Of a DNA stretch of 64,000 nucleotides, positions 47,931-57,665 are shown one piece after another. Under the pieces are notes generated by a model, which saw nothing but the letters and a program-made list of their open reading frames with translations, was not told the DNA's origin and did no database searches. The DNA is from Thermoplasmatota archaeon (lineage in GTDB: Archaea > Thermoplasmatota > Poseidoniia > Poseidoniales > Thalassarchaeaceae). How positions within the stretch are numbered: the first letter of the stretch is position 1; every line of letters begins with the position of its first letter. The position numbers and the translations under genes are program-made. Location: assembly GCA_036154155.1 (NCBI GenBank), contig JAYZLP010000012.1, forward strand, positions 22,393 to 86,392, in the 5' to 3' direction.

Positions 47931-48908
47931 ATGAGAGGGACTGCCGCCATCCCAATTGTCCTGATATTGCTCTCTTGTTCATGGCTACCCGCATCAGGCG
48001 AAGCGTCCTATTCCATTGGCACTATTTCGGGCGAAGACTCCTCTCGTTTCGTTGCCCAGAATTCAAATTTGCAAGAAATGGAGTTTGAGGATGTACAATT
48101 TGCTATCAGGTCCCTAAGGGACGGCGAGGTCGACTTCGTAATCGGCCCTCATCATTTACTGACAGACTCCGAAATGATTGCTCAGTGGAATACAATTACC
48201 GTGGGCGAGATGTTCGATATTTCGGATTATTTCATCGCCATGATTAGATCAGATAATTCTCAGGATTCGGGGAATGAGGAACTAAGATATGCAGTTAATT
48301 CCGCACTGGCAGACATTCACCAGAGGGGAACCGCCATTTCCACACACCAACTTTGGTTCTCAGACATGCCCCAGTTAGATTTCTATGACTTCGAGGAGTA
48401 TGAGGATGCCTGGCCAACTCCAACGGAAGGCGGAACGCTCCACAGGATATTGTTTGAAGACGGAGACATCGGTGTCTGCATGCTGAACCAAGACTCCTCC
48501 ATGACTAGGTTCGGCGCCAGCGGGGAATTGGTCGGATTTGAGGTTGACATGGCAGAGATGATAGCCAATAGTATAGCTAGCCACTATGAGGTGGAACTCA
48601 CTCTTTACAGCCACAACAGTGGGGTTTTCGAGAATGTCCTCAGCGACTTGACCGAATCCGATTTATGTGATATCGCCATGGCTTCGGTTACGCCGGACCA
48701 AGTTCCCGGAGGCTTCACCTCTTCTTCCCCCTACCACGTCGGAGGGACTGTTATTCTTTCATCCGCCGAATCCCCCGGGATCGACTCTGCCGCTGAATTA
48801 TTTGATTCGGATCAGCCCAAGGATGATGAATCCGATTTTGATTTGAGAATAGTTGCAATATTGCTTCTTTCAGTATTCATATTGAGGGAAGCGGCCAGAA
48901 AGGACTGA
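47931..48908 (+). CDS. ABC transporter substrate-binding protein (amino acid type) with C-terminal membrane anchor
   Basis: Signal peptide (IPIVLILLSCSWLPASG), SBP-like length, C-terminal hydrophobic anchor (IVAILLLSVFIL). Divergent from the permease-ATPase pair. Confidence 0.55.
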   Translation: MRGTAAIPIVLILLSCSWLPASGEASYSIGTISGEDSSRFVAQNSNLQEMEFEDVQFAIRSLRDGEVDFVIGPHHLLTDSEMIAQWNTITVGEMFDISDYFIAMIRSDNSQDSGNEELRYAVNSALADIHQRGTAISTHQLWFSDMPQLDFYDFEEYEDAWPTPTEGGTLHRILFEDGDIGVCMLNQDSSMTRFGASGELVGFEVDMAEMIANSIASHYEVELTLYSHNSGVFENVLSDLTESDLCDIAMASVTPDQVPGGFTSSSPYHVGGTVILSSAESPGIDSAAELFDSDQPKDDESDFDLRIVAILLLSVFILREAARKD

Positions 48909-48954
48909 CATCACGTCAGTAATGTTCATCGTCGTGCCCCTTCCGAAACGTGAC

Positions 48955-49866
48955 ATGGCGGAGATGATGTATCAAGGAAAGGTGAAGCAGGTATGGAGTA
49001 CCGATGACCCCGAAGTTATCGAGTTCAGATATACCGATCAGATTAGCGTATTCGATCAAATCATCCCAAGCTTGGTTCCAAGAAAGGGGGAGAGCCTCAA
49101 CAGGACCACGTGTCATTGGTTCAACCTTGTTGAACAAGAGGGGATATGTGAAACTCATCTGATAGAGATGAACGCCCCCGATAGGTGCCTTGCAAAGAAA
49201 TTCGAGGTCATCAAAGAGCCCGGCGCTATTCCGAGGGACATGGAGAACGTTTTCGTGCCCCTAGAAGTGATTTGCAGGCATTATCTTGCAGGATCAGGGT
49301 GGAGGAGGTACGAAAGGGGAGAGGTCGGCTCCGAAGAGTTCGGTTTCGAGCCCGGGCTTTCTCTGAAAATGGGTGTCAAGCTGCCCAGCCCTTACTTGGA
49401 GGTGTCAACTAAGTTTGAGAAATTCGACAGACTTCTCGACAGAGAGGAAGCTCTCCAGATCTCAAATTTAACTGAAGAGGAGTTCGACTCAATCCTCGAG
49501 TGCGTTCTGGCAATAGATGCAATAATCGAGAGAGAAGCCTCCGCCAGAGGTCTAATTCATGTTGATGGAAAGAAGGAGTTTGCATTGGGGGCTGGAAGGA
49601 AACCAGTTCTAGTGGACTCCTTTGGGACATTGGACGAGGATCGCTGGTGGGACGCTGAAACATATGAGGGAGGGGAGATAGTATCACTATCGAAGGAATT
49701 CGTTCGAGAGCACTACCTAGGCACTGGACACCATAGTGAACTCTACCAAGCTAGGGAGTCAGGTTTGCCAGAGCCTCCGATACCCCCTCTGCCCGAAGAC
49801 ATCATCTCAAGAACTGCAAATTTGTACTCCGAGATGTACGAGAGACTCACCGGGAAAACATTCTGA
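48955..49866 (+). CDS. purC: Phosphoribosylaminoimidazole-succinocarboxamide (SAICAR) synthase
   Basis: YQGKVKQVWSTDDPEVIEFRYTDQISVFDQ is the typical PurC N-terminus. Start set at MAEMMYQ. Confidence 0.8.
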   Translation: MAEMMYQGKVKQVWSTDDPEVIEFRYTDQISVFDQIIPSLVPRKGESLNRTTCHWFNLVEQEGICETHLIEMNAPDRCLAKKFEVIKEPGAIPRDMENVFVPLEVICRHYLAGSGWRRYERGEVGSEEFGFEPGLSLKMGVKLPSPYLEVSTKFEKFDRLLDREEALQISNLTEEEFDSILECVLAIDAIIEREASARGLIHVDGKKEFALGAGRKPVLVDSFGTLDEDRWWDAETYEGGEIVSLSKEFVREHYLGTGHHSELYQARESGLPEPPIPPLPEDIISRTANLYSEMYERLTGKTF

Positions 49867-50493
49867 TTATGAGTGCCTTCTCATTAGAATCCCACATCCC
49901 CTTTTTTCTGCTGATCTTAGTATTGACAGAAGGTGCCTAAATCCATAGTCGACCCCTCCATCAAGTGGCTCATCTCCCAACGTAGTCCATCTTCCAGAAC
50001 GTATCGAGGACCTCAACTCACTAACTTCCTGCGGGTCAATCCACCCAAGAAGGGACATTCCACCGAAACCATCCCGGAATCCCGGTTCTCCAAGATTCTC
50101 TTCAGATAGCCCGTCACAAAGCTTAGCAAGCAACTCGTGCAATACAGTCATGTCACCCCTTTGCCTAGTGAACGAGATAAGGTACGAAATCACATTGCCG
50201 TCTTCACTGGGAAATCTGCCGAGCTTCTCTCTAGTCGCCATCGAGTCAAGAGGCTCAGCCATGCCTCCCTTAGGCCCCCAGTCCCCGCTAGCTAGGTACA
50301 GCAATGTGGCGGGATCAAACGGGGCCTCTTGGCCCTGACGGAGGCCTTGGATGTCAACAGACAGTGGGCACATAGAAAGCAACTCCTGGTGATCTCCGCC
50401 CAGGGATGCTTGAATTGGGGGAACAAGATCGATCAAGTCCACAGTAATTGGGTCGAATGTGTAGAATGCAGGAGTCGGAGGCGCTCTAGACAT
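49867..50493 (-). CDS. Hypothetical protein
   Basis: ORF-track entry is 216 aa; no recognised motif. Start trimmed to MSRAPP. The 3' end is flush against purC and the 5' end abuts the giant gene stop. Confidence 0.35.
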   Translation of the reverse strand: MSRAPPTPAFYTFDPITVDLIDLVPPIQASLGGDHQELLSMCPLSVDIQGLRQGQEAPFDPATLLYLASGDWGPKGGMAEPLDSMATREKLGRFPSEDGNVISYLISFTRQRGDMTVLHELLAKLCDGLSEENLGEPGFRDGFGGMSLLGWIDPQEVSELRSSIRSGRWTTLGDEPLDGGVDYGFRHLLSILRSAEKRGCGILMRRHS

Positions 50494-50506
50494 TGAGAAA
50501 CCCCGA

Positions 50507-53500
50507 TTACCTTTCACCCATGAGTCTGTTTAGGCGGCTTTCGAATGAATCGTCCTGACCAATTTCCGAGGCAGAAGTCCCCTCAGAGGTCACCTTTTCC
50601 CTATCTTCATCAGCAGATTCAGGCAAAACCTCCTCTTCGACATCGGCTATTTTCTCCTTGAGAGCGGCCCTTTTCTCAAGGGCCTTCTTCTCTACCGCCA
50701 ACCTAGTTTTCTCCATCATCTCTCGGCCTTCTCTGTAATTGCTGACCATCCATGAAAGTGCAATCGAAGCACCGATGACCATGGCAGCCGCGGCAACTGC
50801 CGTACTCGAATCGCTAATTCCACTATCCAATTCTTCGCCACCCGAAAGAATCACGCTGGCCACGTTATCCGAAGGATCAGAATCCTGGTCCCACGGGAAG
50901 TCACAGCTTATCGTGGCGACCATCTCGGTTGAATCCTCAACATCCGGCCTATCTATCGATGGCTTAGGGGCTAGGGCATTTGCAGATGTCATATCCACTA
51001 TGTGGACGGAAGTGTATTGCCCCGCTTCGATTTTTATGCTGCATTGCGTCCCTGAAGGGAGCAGTTCGAAATTTTCCCTCCTTGTGGAAATTTCAATTTT
51101 CTGGCTAGCACCCTGTCCATCCAGTTCTAGCTGAACCAAACCGACGTTCCAATCCGTTCTCCGAACTTCGAAAATCTGGGACTGGGACGTCACTAGGATT
51201 CCCCTAGAGTCCAGCAATCTGATTGAAATCTCCCTGTTACCCGGAAGTGGAGCCCATTCTTCCGAGGTCAAGTTGACTATTGCAGTCGTATTCCCCCCTA
51301 CAGTTCCGGATTGAGAAATCATCATGTCCCCCATGTCGTCGACTAGAATTATCGTGTAATCGAAAGGCTCGGTTCCATTTCCTATCGAACAGCTTGCCGT
51401 AATTTCGCCTATGCTGCCATAAACCAAGCAACTAGCCCCCCTGGTGACTGGCTCCACCACTATTGACCTGTATTCCAGACTTCCTTGGTCGGAACCCGAT
51501 GAAACCGAAATAGTGCCACTTCCACTGGATGTCGCCGGCCATGCCCAACCGCCAAGGGTACTCCAAATCAATGACCCTGAAAATGAATCAGTAACAATAG
51601 ATCCGGAATCAGTTCCATGAATTCCCAAAAGCGCGCTATCGCCACTAGTGGACACAATGACAGGGGAACTCGCCCATGAAAAATCCCCCTTCTCGGTATC
51701 CAGATTTATTTCCCTCTGGTTTCCGGCTGTATCTTCCGCCAGAATTCGTATGGTCTTTACACTGCCATCCCAGTCTTCACTAGGAACCAACTCTAGTGGT
51801 ACGCCGGTTACCTCGCCAACACCCAGTACGACCTCGGCTCTTCCTGAGACGGACCAACCAAGTGGAAGACTTAGGACTTGTAATGAGATGGTGCTAGGTG
51901 CGTTACCAAGGTTTTCGAGCATGGCCAATGGGTGTCCTCCCAAATCACTCACTAACCAGTCCCCTTCTCCGGTAAGAGAGAACTCATGCGTGACTGCCAC
52001 CCTTAGTGGGAAAACTATCTCGGAGGCCGCACTAGAGTCGCCTTCCCTTAGGCGGAGGTGAAGCTCCACGGCCCTTCCATAGACCGCATTCTCTGGAGGG
52101 GTGATGTTGAGAATTAGTGGCGCAGTCTCCCCTGGTGAAAGGACGGGGAGCTCGTCGGGCTCATCTACGGACCACCCTGACTCCCCTGTAATGAACATGG
52201 AAGCATATGCTCTAGTGGGCGAGTTACCAGACTGCACAACTGTGAGCTCTATCTGCGAACCTAATGGGTCGACCTCAAGATTCGCCTGATCAGCTATCGC
52301 GTTCCATGATGGGACATGGCCTGCCTCGATAGTGAATGAGAACGTAGAAACCTCTTCTCCTTGGGAGGATGCGGTGACTACGACGGTCATGGATGATCCG
52401 CTCCATGATTCAGCATCGACAGCTGAAACTATGCTCATAGAAACAGTCTGGTTGACTGCGACATTTTGCGCCGAGTCCCCAGTGGCGCTCCATCCTGTAG
52501 CCGAGTCCCCGTCCACTAGGTCAAGCGAGGTCACCACATCAAGATCGATTCCATCTTCCAGATTGCCCACATTTTTTGCATCAACGTCCAAGGAGAACGA
52601 GACTCCCGGATCAATGACGAAAATACTGCCATTGGCCATAGGTACAGAATCGACACTAGCGCCGATATCCCACCTGTGGTCCTGCCTGGCCTCAAGGGCA
52701 ACGGCGTCGGAGGATGATACTCCTGGATCGCCTTGTGAAATTACGGTGAACTCAATCCACAATGGAACTCCTGCAGGCGTACTTTCAGGTAGAGTTACCG
52801 TTACTGGAATAGTTGTCAGGCTCCCCGAAGTAAGTCCGACTTCTCCTATTGAGAAATCCACAACTACTCCAGGGTCGCTGGAAATATTGGAGTCTATAAT
52901 CACCGAATAGCCAAGTGAGTATACGTCATCTCCGTTACCGGGATTCTCGAGTCTGAGGACGACAAGGGAGCCTTCCTCAACATCAACCACATGCGGCTGA
53001 TCTTGGGGCGAAATTACAGCCACATTCGCTCTGAAAATCTGCAATACCTCCAACGTTATGATTAGGTGGTGTTCCGAAGACTCCTGACTCGTGTCCGAGA
53101 AATAGTGGAATGCCGGAGAAGCATCCTCGGGGAGGTTAGCAATTAACGAACCCGAAGATGTTCCGCCAGAGGGTCCGGCCATAGTTATCATATCACCCGA
53201 AACTGAGATGTCACCAGTTCCGACCCAGGACCACCCTGGCATTGCCATCCCCATTTCAGAAAGTGACCATGTGATTGTCCCGCTTTCAGCCGGCATTTCA
53301 GAAATTATCGACCATTCGAGTCCATTCGCGGGAACACTTCTGATGTGATTTCCAGAAACAACGTTCGAAGAATGGAATGTCAATTGTATGGTCTGGCATG
53401 TCTCTTCTTCCGTGCCCGTGCCAACGCACATGGTTAGAGGCGTGCCAACGGAATCTCCCACTGGTGCGTCGGAAGGAACCGCTAGGGTTGCAACTAACGC

Positions 53501-56137
53501 CAACTCTTCTCCAGGAGCCAAAATTAACGCTGACCTTTCGACCCCCTCCATGTCGTATAGTCGTAGGTCATTGCCCCATGGCGTGCTGTCCCATGAGAGG
53601 AGAATCTGGTCTTCCTCGGCATTTCCTAGATTCTCGGCCATGAACCATGCCCCTGCATCTTGACCAGGTAGTCCGTAGCCGCTGCTCTGAGATGTTCCAT
53701 CGGGCCCTCTAAGTGAGAGTCCCCTTGTTCTATTCGCCTCTATTGGAAGATTCGCAGAAACAGAAACGTTCGAGTCTTCATCGAGGGTCAGGGTCAGTGA
53801 TAGGTATCCCGAGTCCGAACCCAGTGCTTCGGAAGGCGCAGTTATGGTAAGATCAGGGGACCACGTCTCATCCACTCCAATCTCGACATTGCTAATTCCT
53901 TCCTGCGTGGAGTCCGACCACGTCCAACCCTCAGGAAGTTCGGAGTCATCTACGCTGAGGGACCATGTCCCAGCGAGCCTCCCAGTAGATCTCACAGTCG
54001 GGCTAGCAGTAGTGCTACTGCCCGGAGATACCCTGATGGGCTCAGTCGGAATTTCGAAAGAAGCATTGTACGTCGGGACGATGGATACAATCTTGCTAGC
54101 AATGTCATTGTCCGTCCTAGTCTGAGTCAGGTTCCCGAAACTGTCTAGCTCCAATGTGAACTCATGGTCCCCAAGTGGCCCCGACCATTCAACACTGAAT
54201 GTTTCAAAGGATCCTGATCCCGTTGGCTCAACGGGTTCCAGAGATGTGAATGTCCTCCTCCCAATTTCCATTCCATCGGCATAGAGGACCGCATCAAATT
54301 CCGAATCTATGGGCCCTGTTCCAGAGTTCTCGATAAATGCAGACACCGTGACTTCCTCGCCCGGACTGGGGGCAGTTGGATCCAACTCTATCCCACCTCC
54401 ATCAAGGAGGGGCCTAACGTCGGACCTCTCTAGCGAGACAACGGTGCTACCGATGATGATGTCCAGAGTGCCGTCTCCATCGATGTCGGCCAACGCAGGT
54501 GAAGACCAAGTTCGGTGGTTCAGCTCTAACTCATTGGCCCATTCAGTGTTGATAGCAGACCCAGTTCCCTCCGCTCCATCGAACGCCCATAGGGATCTCC
54601 CATAGGCGACTAGGAGCTCAGGCTCCCCACTACCGTCAATATCCATCCAAACTGGGGGTGAGACAGCTATCTCGTCGTTTGGCGCCCCACTGCTCTGCTC
54701 GAGATCCCGGTGCCATGCCTCCTCGGGGCTAGAGCCATCGACATCATGACAACCTGTGACTCCGTGTCTAGCTGTTGCAGTTTGCCACCAAGTGACCCAA
54801 CAGACTCTCTCGATGGTCCCATCATCGTCTGTATCGATAACAATCGGCGGCGCGTCAGCGTATCCATTATCTGCCTCAAATGACCATATCTCAGCACCGG
54901 TGCTGATTTCTAGGCCTCTGAATTCAGCGCCATCAACAGCACCTGACCCGTCGGCATCTGTAGGTATGGTTACTACAATTTCAGGAGTCTCATCACTATC
55001 TAGATTGGCTACAACTGGGCCAGGGAGTCTGATGTGAGGCGCATCAGAGTCGCCATCTATGTTATTCAGGCTAAGGCCGTCCCATCCTGAATCCCCCGTC
55101 AACGAGTCAAGCCTCCAAACCCACATTCCGCCATTGCTGTACTCAGTGGTCGTCAATACAACATATCCAGTATTCTCATCCGTCTGTGCAAAGGCAGGGT
55201 CAGAAGGATGGCTCCCCTTGTCCAGTGTTTTTTCCCACAGCGTGGCGGGTGAGCCGCTAGAAGGCAGACTCAGTGCAACAATAACCGGATCCCCACTGTT
55301 CTCGTTTACCGCGGCAATTACCAACTCTGCATCTCCATCAAGGTCCAAGTCGGCAAGAAGTGGCTGGGCAGTTGGCTTGTGCCCCCCCAGCCATCCACTG
55401 ACATATGGCCCAACGTCACTACTCACCATCAAGTCGTCATCCTCCCAAGTCCAGATTGGCTGTTGCGAACTACCCGCTCCGGGGTTCCATCCGGTAACCG
55501 AGCAGAATAGTCTGGGCGACCAAGCATCGACATTCAGAGTCCCGCCTTGGTCATACACCGCTATCACCTCCGGCTTCCCATCGTCATCCAAGTCCACAAC
55601 TACAGGTGAGGCCTTGACTTTCTCTGTAACTCCGAGACTAACTTCCCATGCTAGATCAGAGTCCTCTCCCTCAATGATCCTCATGTAACTCTCACCTGAT
55701 GCAGAGTCAGTCTGTACAATTATGGTGTAAAGCGAGTCTCCTCCGCACCTCTCTTCCGAGGAAGGGTCAGTGGATAGGGACGAGGTGAAATCAGCAATAG
55801 GGGTGCCAAGAGAATCAGTACCTATTGGATCGGAACCAAAATCCCAGTTTATCACCGGGTCGACTATTGAAAGTAGGCCGGCCCCTGAATCCGAAGAATG
55901 CACATGGCCTGGAGGATTGGAAACCCTATCGGGAGTCCTACCCGGTTGTGGCCAGGCTTGGCCGCCGTCCGACCAGGGGTCAATTCCGGAACTCCTCATT
56001 TCATGGGAATCATCCAGGCTCCTCGAAACCCCTGTAGTGGCCAACATTGGCGATAGTGACATAGCTAGCATAATCGACACCGCAAAAGCTGCCCCAATTT
56101 TCATGGAAAGGAGTTTTTGCGTAGTAACAACTGTCAT
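50507..56137 (-). CDS. Giant (about 1876-1894 aa) surface protein with FG-GAP/integrin-alpha-like beta-propeller repeats, multiple CARDB/Ig-like domains, C-terminal TM and coiled-coil cytoplasmic tail
   Basis: Signal peptide (MKIGAAFAVSIMLAMSLSPMLA). FG-GAP-type Ca-binding loops (VVDLDDDGKPEVIA, LADLDLDGDAELVIA, VANLDSDETPEIVV, IDTDDDGTIERV, LADIDGDGTLDIIIG). TM AVAAAAMVIGASIALSWMV, then a 78-aa K/E-rich tail. The ORF track starts at a GTG at 56191; start set at the first plausible ATG. Confidence 0.7.
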   Translation of the reverse strand: MTVVTTQKLLSMKIGAAFAVSIMLAMSLSPMLATTGVSRSLDDSHEMRSSGIDPWSDGGQAWPQPGRTPDRVSNPPGHVHSSDSGAGLLSIVDPVINWDFGSDPIGTDSLGTPIADFTSSLSTDPSSEERCGGDSLYTIIVQTDSASGESYMRIIEGEDSDLAWEVSLGVTEKVKASPVVVDLDDDGKPEVIAVYDQGGTLNVDAWSPRLFCSVTGWNPGAGSSQQPIWTWEDDDLMVSSDVGPYVSGWLGGHKPTAQPLLADLDLDGDAELVIAAVNENSGDPVIVALSLPSSGSPATLWEKTLDKGSHPSDPAFAQTDENTGYVVLTTTEYSNGGMWVWRLDSLTGDSGWDGLSLNNIDGDSDAPHIRLPGPVVANLDSDETPEIVVTIPTDADGSGAVDGAEFRGLEISTGAEIWSFEADNGYADAPPIVIDTDDDGTIERVCWVTWWQTATARHGVTGCHDVDGSSPEEAWHRDLEQSSGAPNDEIAVSPPVWMDIDGSGEPELLVAYGRSLWAFDGAEGTGSAINTEWANELELNHRTWSSPALADIDGDGTLDIIIGSTVVSLERSDVRPLLDGGGIELDPTAPSPGEEVTVSAFIENSGTGPIDSEFDAVLYADGMEIGRRTFTSLEPVEPTGSGSFETFSVEWSGPLGDHEFTLELDSFGNLTQTRTDNDIASKIVSIVPTYNASFEIPTEPIRVSPGSSTTASPTVRSTGRLAGTWSLSVDDSELPEGWTWSDSTQEGISNVEIGVDETWSPDLTITAPSEALGSDSGYLSLTLTLDEDSNVSVSANLPIEANRTRGLSLRGPDGTSQSSGYGLPGQDAGAWFMAENLGNAEEDQILLSWDSTPWGNDLRLYDMEGVERSALILAPGEELALVATLAVPSDAPVGDSVGTPLTMCVGTGTEEETCQTIQLTFHSSNVVSGNHIRSVPANGLEWSIISEMPAESGTITWSLSEMGMAMPGWSWVGTGDISVSGDMITMAGPSGGTSSGSLIANLPEDASPAFHYFSDTSQESSEHHLIITLEVLQIFRANVAVISPQDQPHVVDVEEGSLVVLRLENPGNGDDVYSLGYSVIIDSNISSDPGVVVDFSIGEVGLTSGSLTTIPVTVTLPESTPAGVPLWIEFTVISQGDPGVSSSDAVALEARQDHRWDIGASVDSVPMANGSIFVIDPGVSFSLDVDAKNVGNLEDGIDLDVVTSLDLVDGDSATGWSATGDSAQNVAVNQTVSMSIVSAVDAESWSGSSMTVVVTASSQGEEVSTFSFTIEAGHVPSWNAIADQANLEVDPLGSQIELTVVQSGNSPTRAYASMFITGESGWSVDEPDELPVLSPGETAPLILNITPPENAVYGRAVELHLRLREGDSSAASEIVFPLRVAVTHEFSLTGEGDWLVSDLGGHPLAMLENLGNAPSTISLQVLSLPLGWSVSGRAEVVLGVGEVTGVPLELVPSEDWDGSVKTIRILAEDTAGNQREINLDTEKGDFSWASSPVIVSTSGDSALLGIHGTDSGSIVTDSFSGSLIWSTLGGWAWPATSSGSGTISVSSGSDQGSLEYRSIVVEPVTRGASCLVYGSIGEITASCSIGNGTEPFDYTIILVDDMGDMMISQSGTVGGNTTAIVNLTSEEWAPLPGNREISIRLLDSRGILVTSQSQIFEVRRTDWNVGLVQLELDGQGASQKIEISTRRENFELLPSGTQCSIKIEAGQYTSVHIVDMTSANALAPKPSIDRPDVEDSTEMVATISCDFPWDQDSDPSDNVASVILSGGEELDSGISDSSTAVAAAAMVIGASIALSWMVSNYREGREMMEKTRLAVEKKALEKRAALKEKIADVEEEVLPESADEDREKVTSEGTSASEIGQDDSFESRLNRLMGER

Positions 56138-56190
56138 CAGAGTCAAATTTGGTTTTCGTAACCCACTTGAACGTTCGCCCCATATTCTCA

Positions 56191-56209
56191 CTCAGACCTA
56201 CGGTCTGAG
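56191..56209. promoter_or_regulatory. 8-bp inverted repeat (CTCAGACC-TAC-GGTCTGAG) followed by ATATAT in the divergent region between the giant surface-protein gene and the rpoE operon
   Basis: Read directly: ctcagacc tac ggtctgag, then catatatc. Confidence 0.3.
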
Positions 56210-56315
56210 CATATATCGGGGTGCGCCAGCCATTTCTTCCCGTCCGTTGCGCTTATACAGGAGTGGCAGGTCGCCGGGTCGCACGGACTTCTCCTCCAGA
56301 GGCTTAGCCGATGAC

Positions 56316-56339
56316 GGACGGGAGGGAAACCCCCCGTCC
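56316..56339 (+). promoter_or_regulatory. GC-rich stem-loop (GGACGGGAGGG-AAA-CCCCCCGTCC) in the 5' leader of rpoE
   Basis: A 10-bp stem with one bulge and an AAA loop, 38 nt upstream of the rpoE ATG. Confidence 0.35.
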
Positions 56340-56376
56340 TGGCTGCTTGGAGCGGTCCGTCACTGAGGCAGAAAAA

Positions 56377-56925
56377 ATGTACAGCATAATTGAGCGAGAG
56401 GACACTATTCGCATCCCAGCCGAGTACATCAGAGAGGGTCACAGCTTAGAAGACCACATTGACAGTTTGGCAAATGACGCATTCGAAGGCAGATTTGATT
56501 CCGATGAGAATTACACGGTCCTCACCTTTGAGCATAAACCAGTGGGGAGGGGTAAGATAATCCACGGGGACGGCGCAATCTACCAGGCCGTGAAGTTCAA
56601 GGCACTTCTTTTCAACATGGAAAATAACGAGGTCGTAGATGGCTATGTTTCCGATGTTTCGGAGTACGGCGCATTCGTCAGGATAGGTCCCGTCGAAGCA
56701 CTCCTGCACAAATCACAGATTCTCGACGAGCCGATCCAAGTGAATATGGGGGTTAGGAGAATTGAAGGCTCCCAGACTGGCAAGCATATCGAGGAAGGTT
56801 CTCATGTACGATCTAGAGTTGTCTCAAAGGCAATTAATCAGAATGATCCTAGAGCTAGCAAGATTGGTCTGAACTGTAAGATGGATGGATTGGGCGCGGC
56901 AGATTGGCTGAAGGAGACCGACTAA
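56377..56925 (+). CDS. rpoE: DNA-directed RNA polymerase subunit E' (Rpb7 homologue)
   Basis: MYSIIEREDTIRIPAEY N-terminus and S1 domain (VDGYVSDVSEYGAFVRIGPVEALLHKSQI). Start set at the internal M. Confidence 0.85.
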   Translation: MYSIIEREDTIRIPAEYIREGHSLEDHIDSLANDAFEGRFDSDENYTVLTFEHKPVGRGKIIHGDGAIYQAVKFKALLFNMENNEVVDGYVSDVSEYGAFVRIGPVEALLHKSQILDEPIQVNMGVRRIEGSQTGKHIEEGSHVRSRVVSKAINQNDPRASKIGLNCKMDGLGAADWLKETD

Positions 56926-56926
56926 A

Positions 56927-57130
56927 ATGGCCAAGCAACCTTTCGCATGCGGAGATTGCAATGCAATATTGCCAGACGGGGAGGGCCAGTGTCACTACTG
57001 CCCGAACTCCCCTGTTACGACAGATTGGCAGGGTTTTGTGGTAATCCTCAATCCAGAGAGGTCCGAGGTAGCAAAGAGGCTCAACATCACCCGGCCAGGG
57101 AATTATGCGTTGAAGGTTAACATCAGGTAG
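56927..57130 (+). CDS. spt4: Transcription elongation factor Spt4 (RNA polymerase subunit E-double-prime)
   Basis: ACGDCNAILPDGEGQCHYCPNS zinc ribbon. 67 aa, immediately after rpoE. Confidence 0.85.
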   Translation: MAKQPFACGDCNAILPDGEGQCHYCPNSPVTTDWQGFVVILNPERSEVAKRLNITRPGNYALKVNIR

Positions 57131-57138
57131 GTGTAATT

Positions 57139-57498
57139 ATGCAAGTAATCGAAAGGAAGGACAATCCGCTGCTAGACAGGGTCGAGATTAGGTTTGTTTG
57201 GGATCATCCAAACTCCTCAACTCCAAAATTAGAGGAAATGGTATCCGCAGCAACAAAGATTGAGCCCGGAGCAAATTCAGAATTGGTTTTTGTCAAGGAC
57301 GTAAGCACCAGGTATGGTATGCCCAGGACTACTGGGCTAGCGTTAATCTACGCCTCAGAAGAGGCTGCTTCCATCGAACCCTCCTACATCGTAGGGAGGC
57401 ACAACAAATTCAGAGGGGAAGACGAGGCAAGTGATGAACCGGCAGAGCCAGAAGAAACCCAATCAACTGATGATCAAGAAGAGGGAGGCGATGAATAA
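57139..57498 (+). CDS. rps24e: Ribosomal protein S24e
   Basis: MQVIERKDNPLLDRVEIRFVWDHPNSSTP matches the S24e N-terminus. Acidic C-terminal tail. Confidence 0.85.
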   Translation: MQVIERKDNPLLDRVEIRFVWDHPNSSTPKLEEMVSAATKIEPGANSELVFVKDVSTRYGMPRTTGLALIYASEEAASIEPSYIVGRHNKFRGEDEASDEPAEPEETQSTDDQEEGGDE

Positions 57499-57665
57499 TG
57501 CCACAGGGTTCACCCAATGGGAACGCCAAGCACTCCAAGTATTCAATTGACGGAGATAAACTAGTCAGAGGTGAATCATGCCCGAACTGTGGCCCAGGGG
57601 TATTTCTAGCAGTACACAGCGACAGGAAGTCTTGCGGCAAGTGCGGTCACTCTGTGAAGGCGTGA
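57498..57665 (+). CDS. rps27ae: Ribosomal protein S27ae (zinc-ribbon), 55 aa, absent from ORF track because under 60 aa
   Basis: Hand translation gives MPQGSPNGNAKHSKYSIDGDKLVRGESCPNCGPGVFLAVHSDRKSCGKCGHSVKA. The CPNCG...CGKCG Zn ribbon is present. The ATG overlaps the S24e TAA (TAATG). Confidence 0.8.
   Translation: MPQGSPNGNAKHSKYSIDGDKLVRGESCPNCGPGVFLAVHSDRKSCGKCGHSVKA

Noticed and set aside
56311-56376. N-terminal extension of rpoE from the ATG at 56311 (ORF-track start)
   Set aside because: RpoE family proteins begin at the MYSIIERED-type N-terminus (56377). The upstream 22 codons overlap a strong GC hairpin and are more likely leader RNA.
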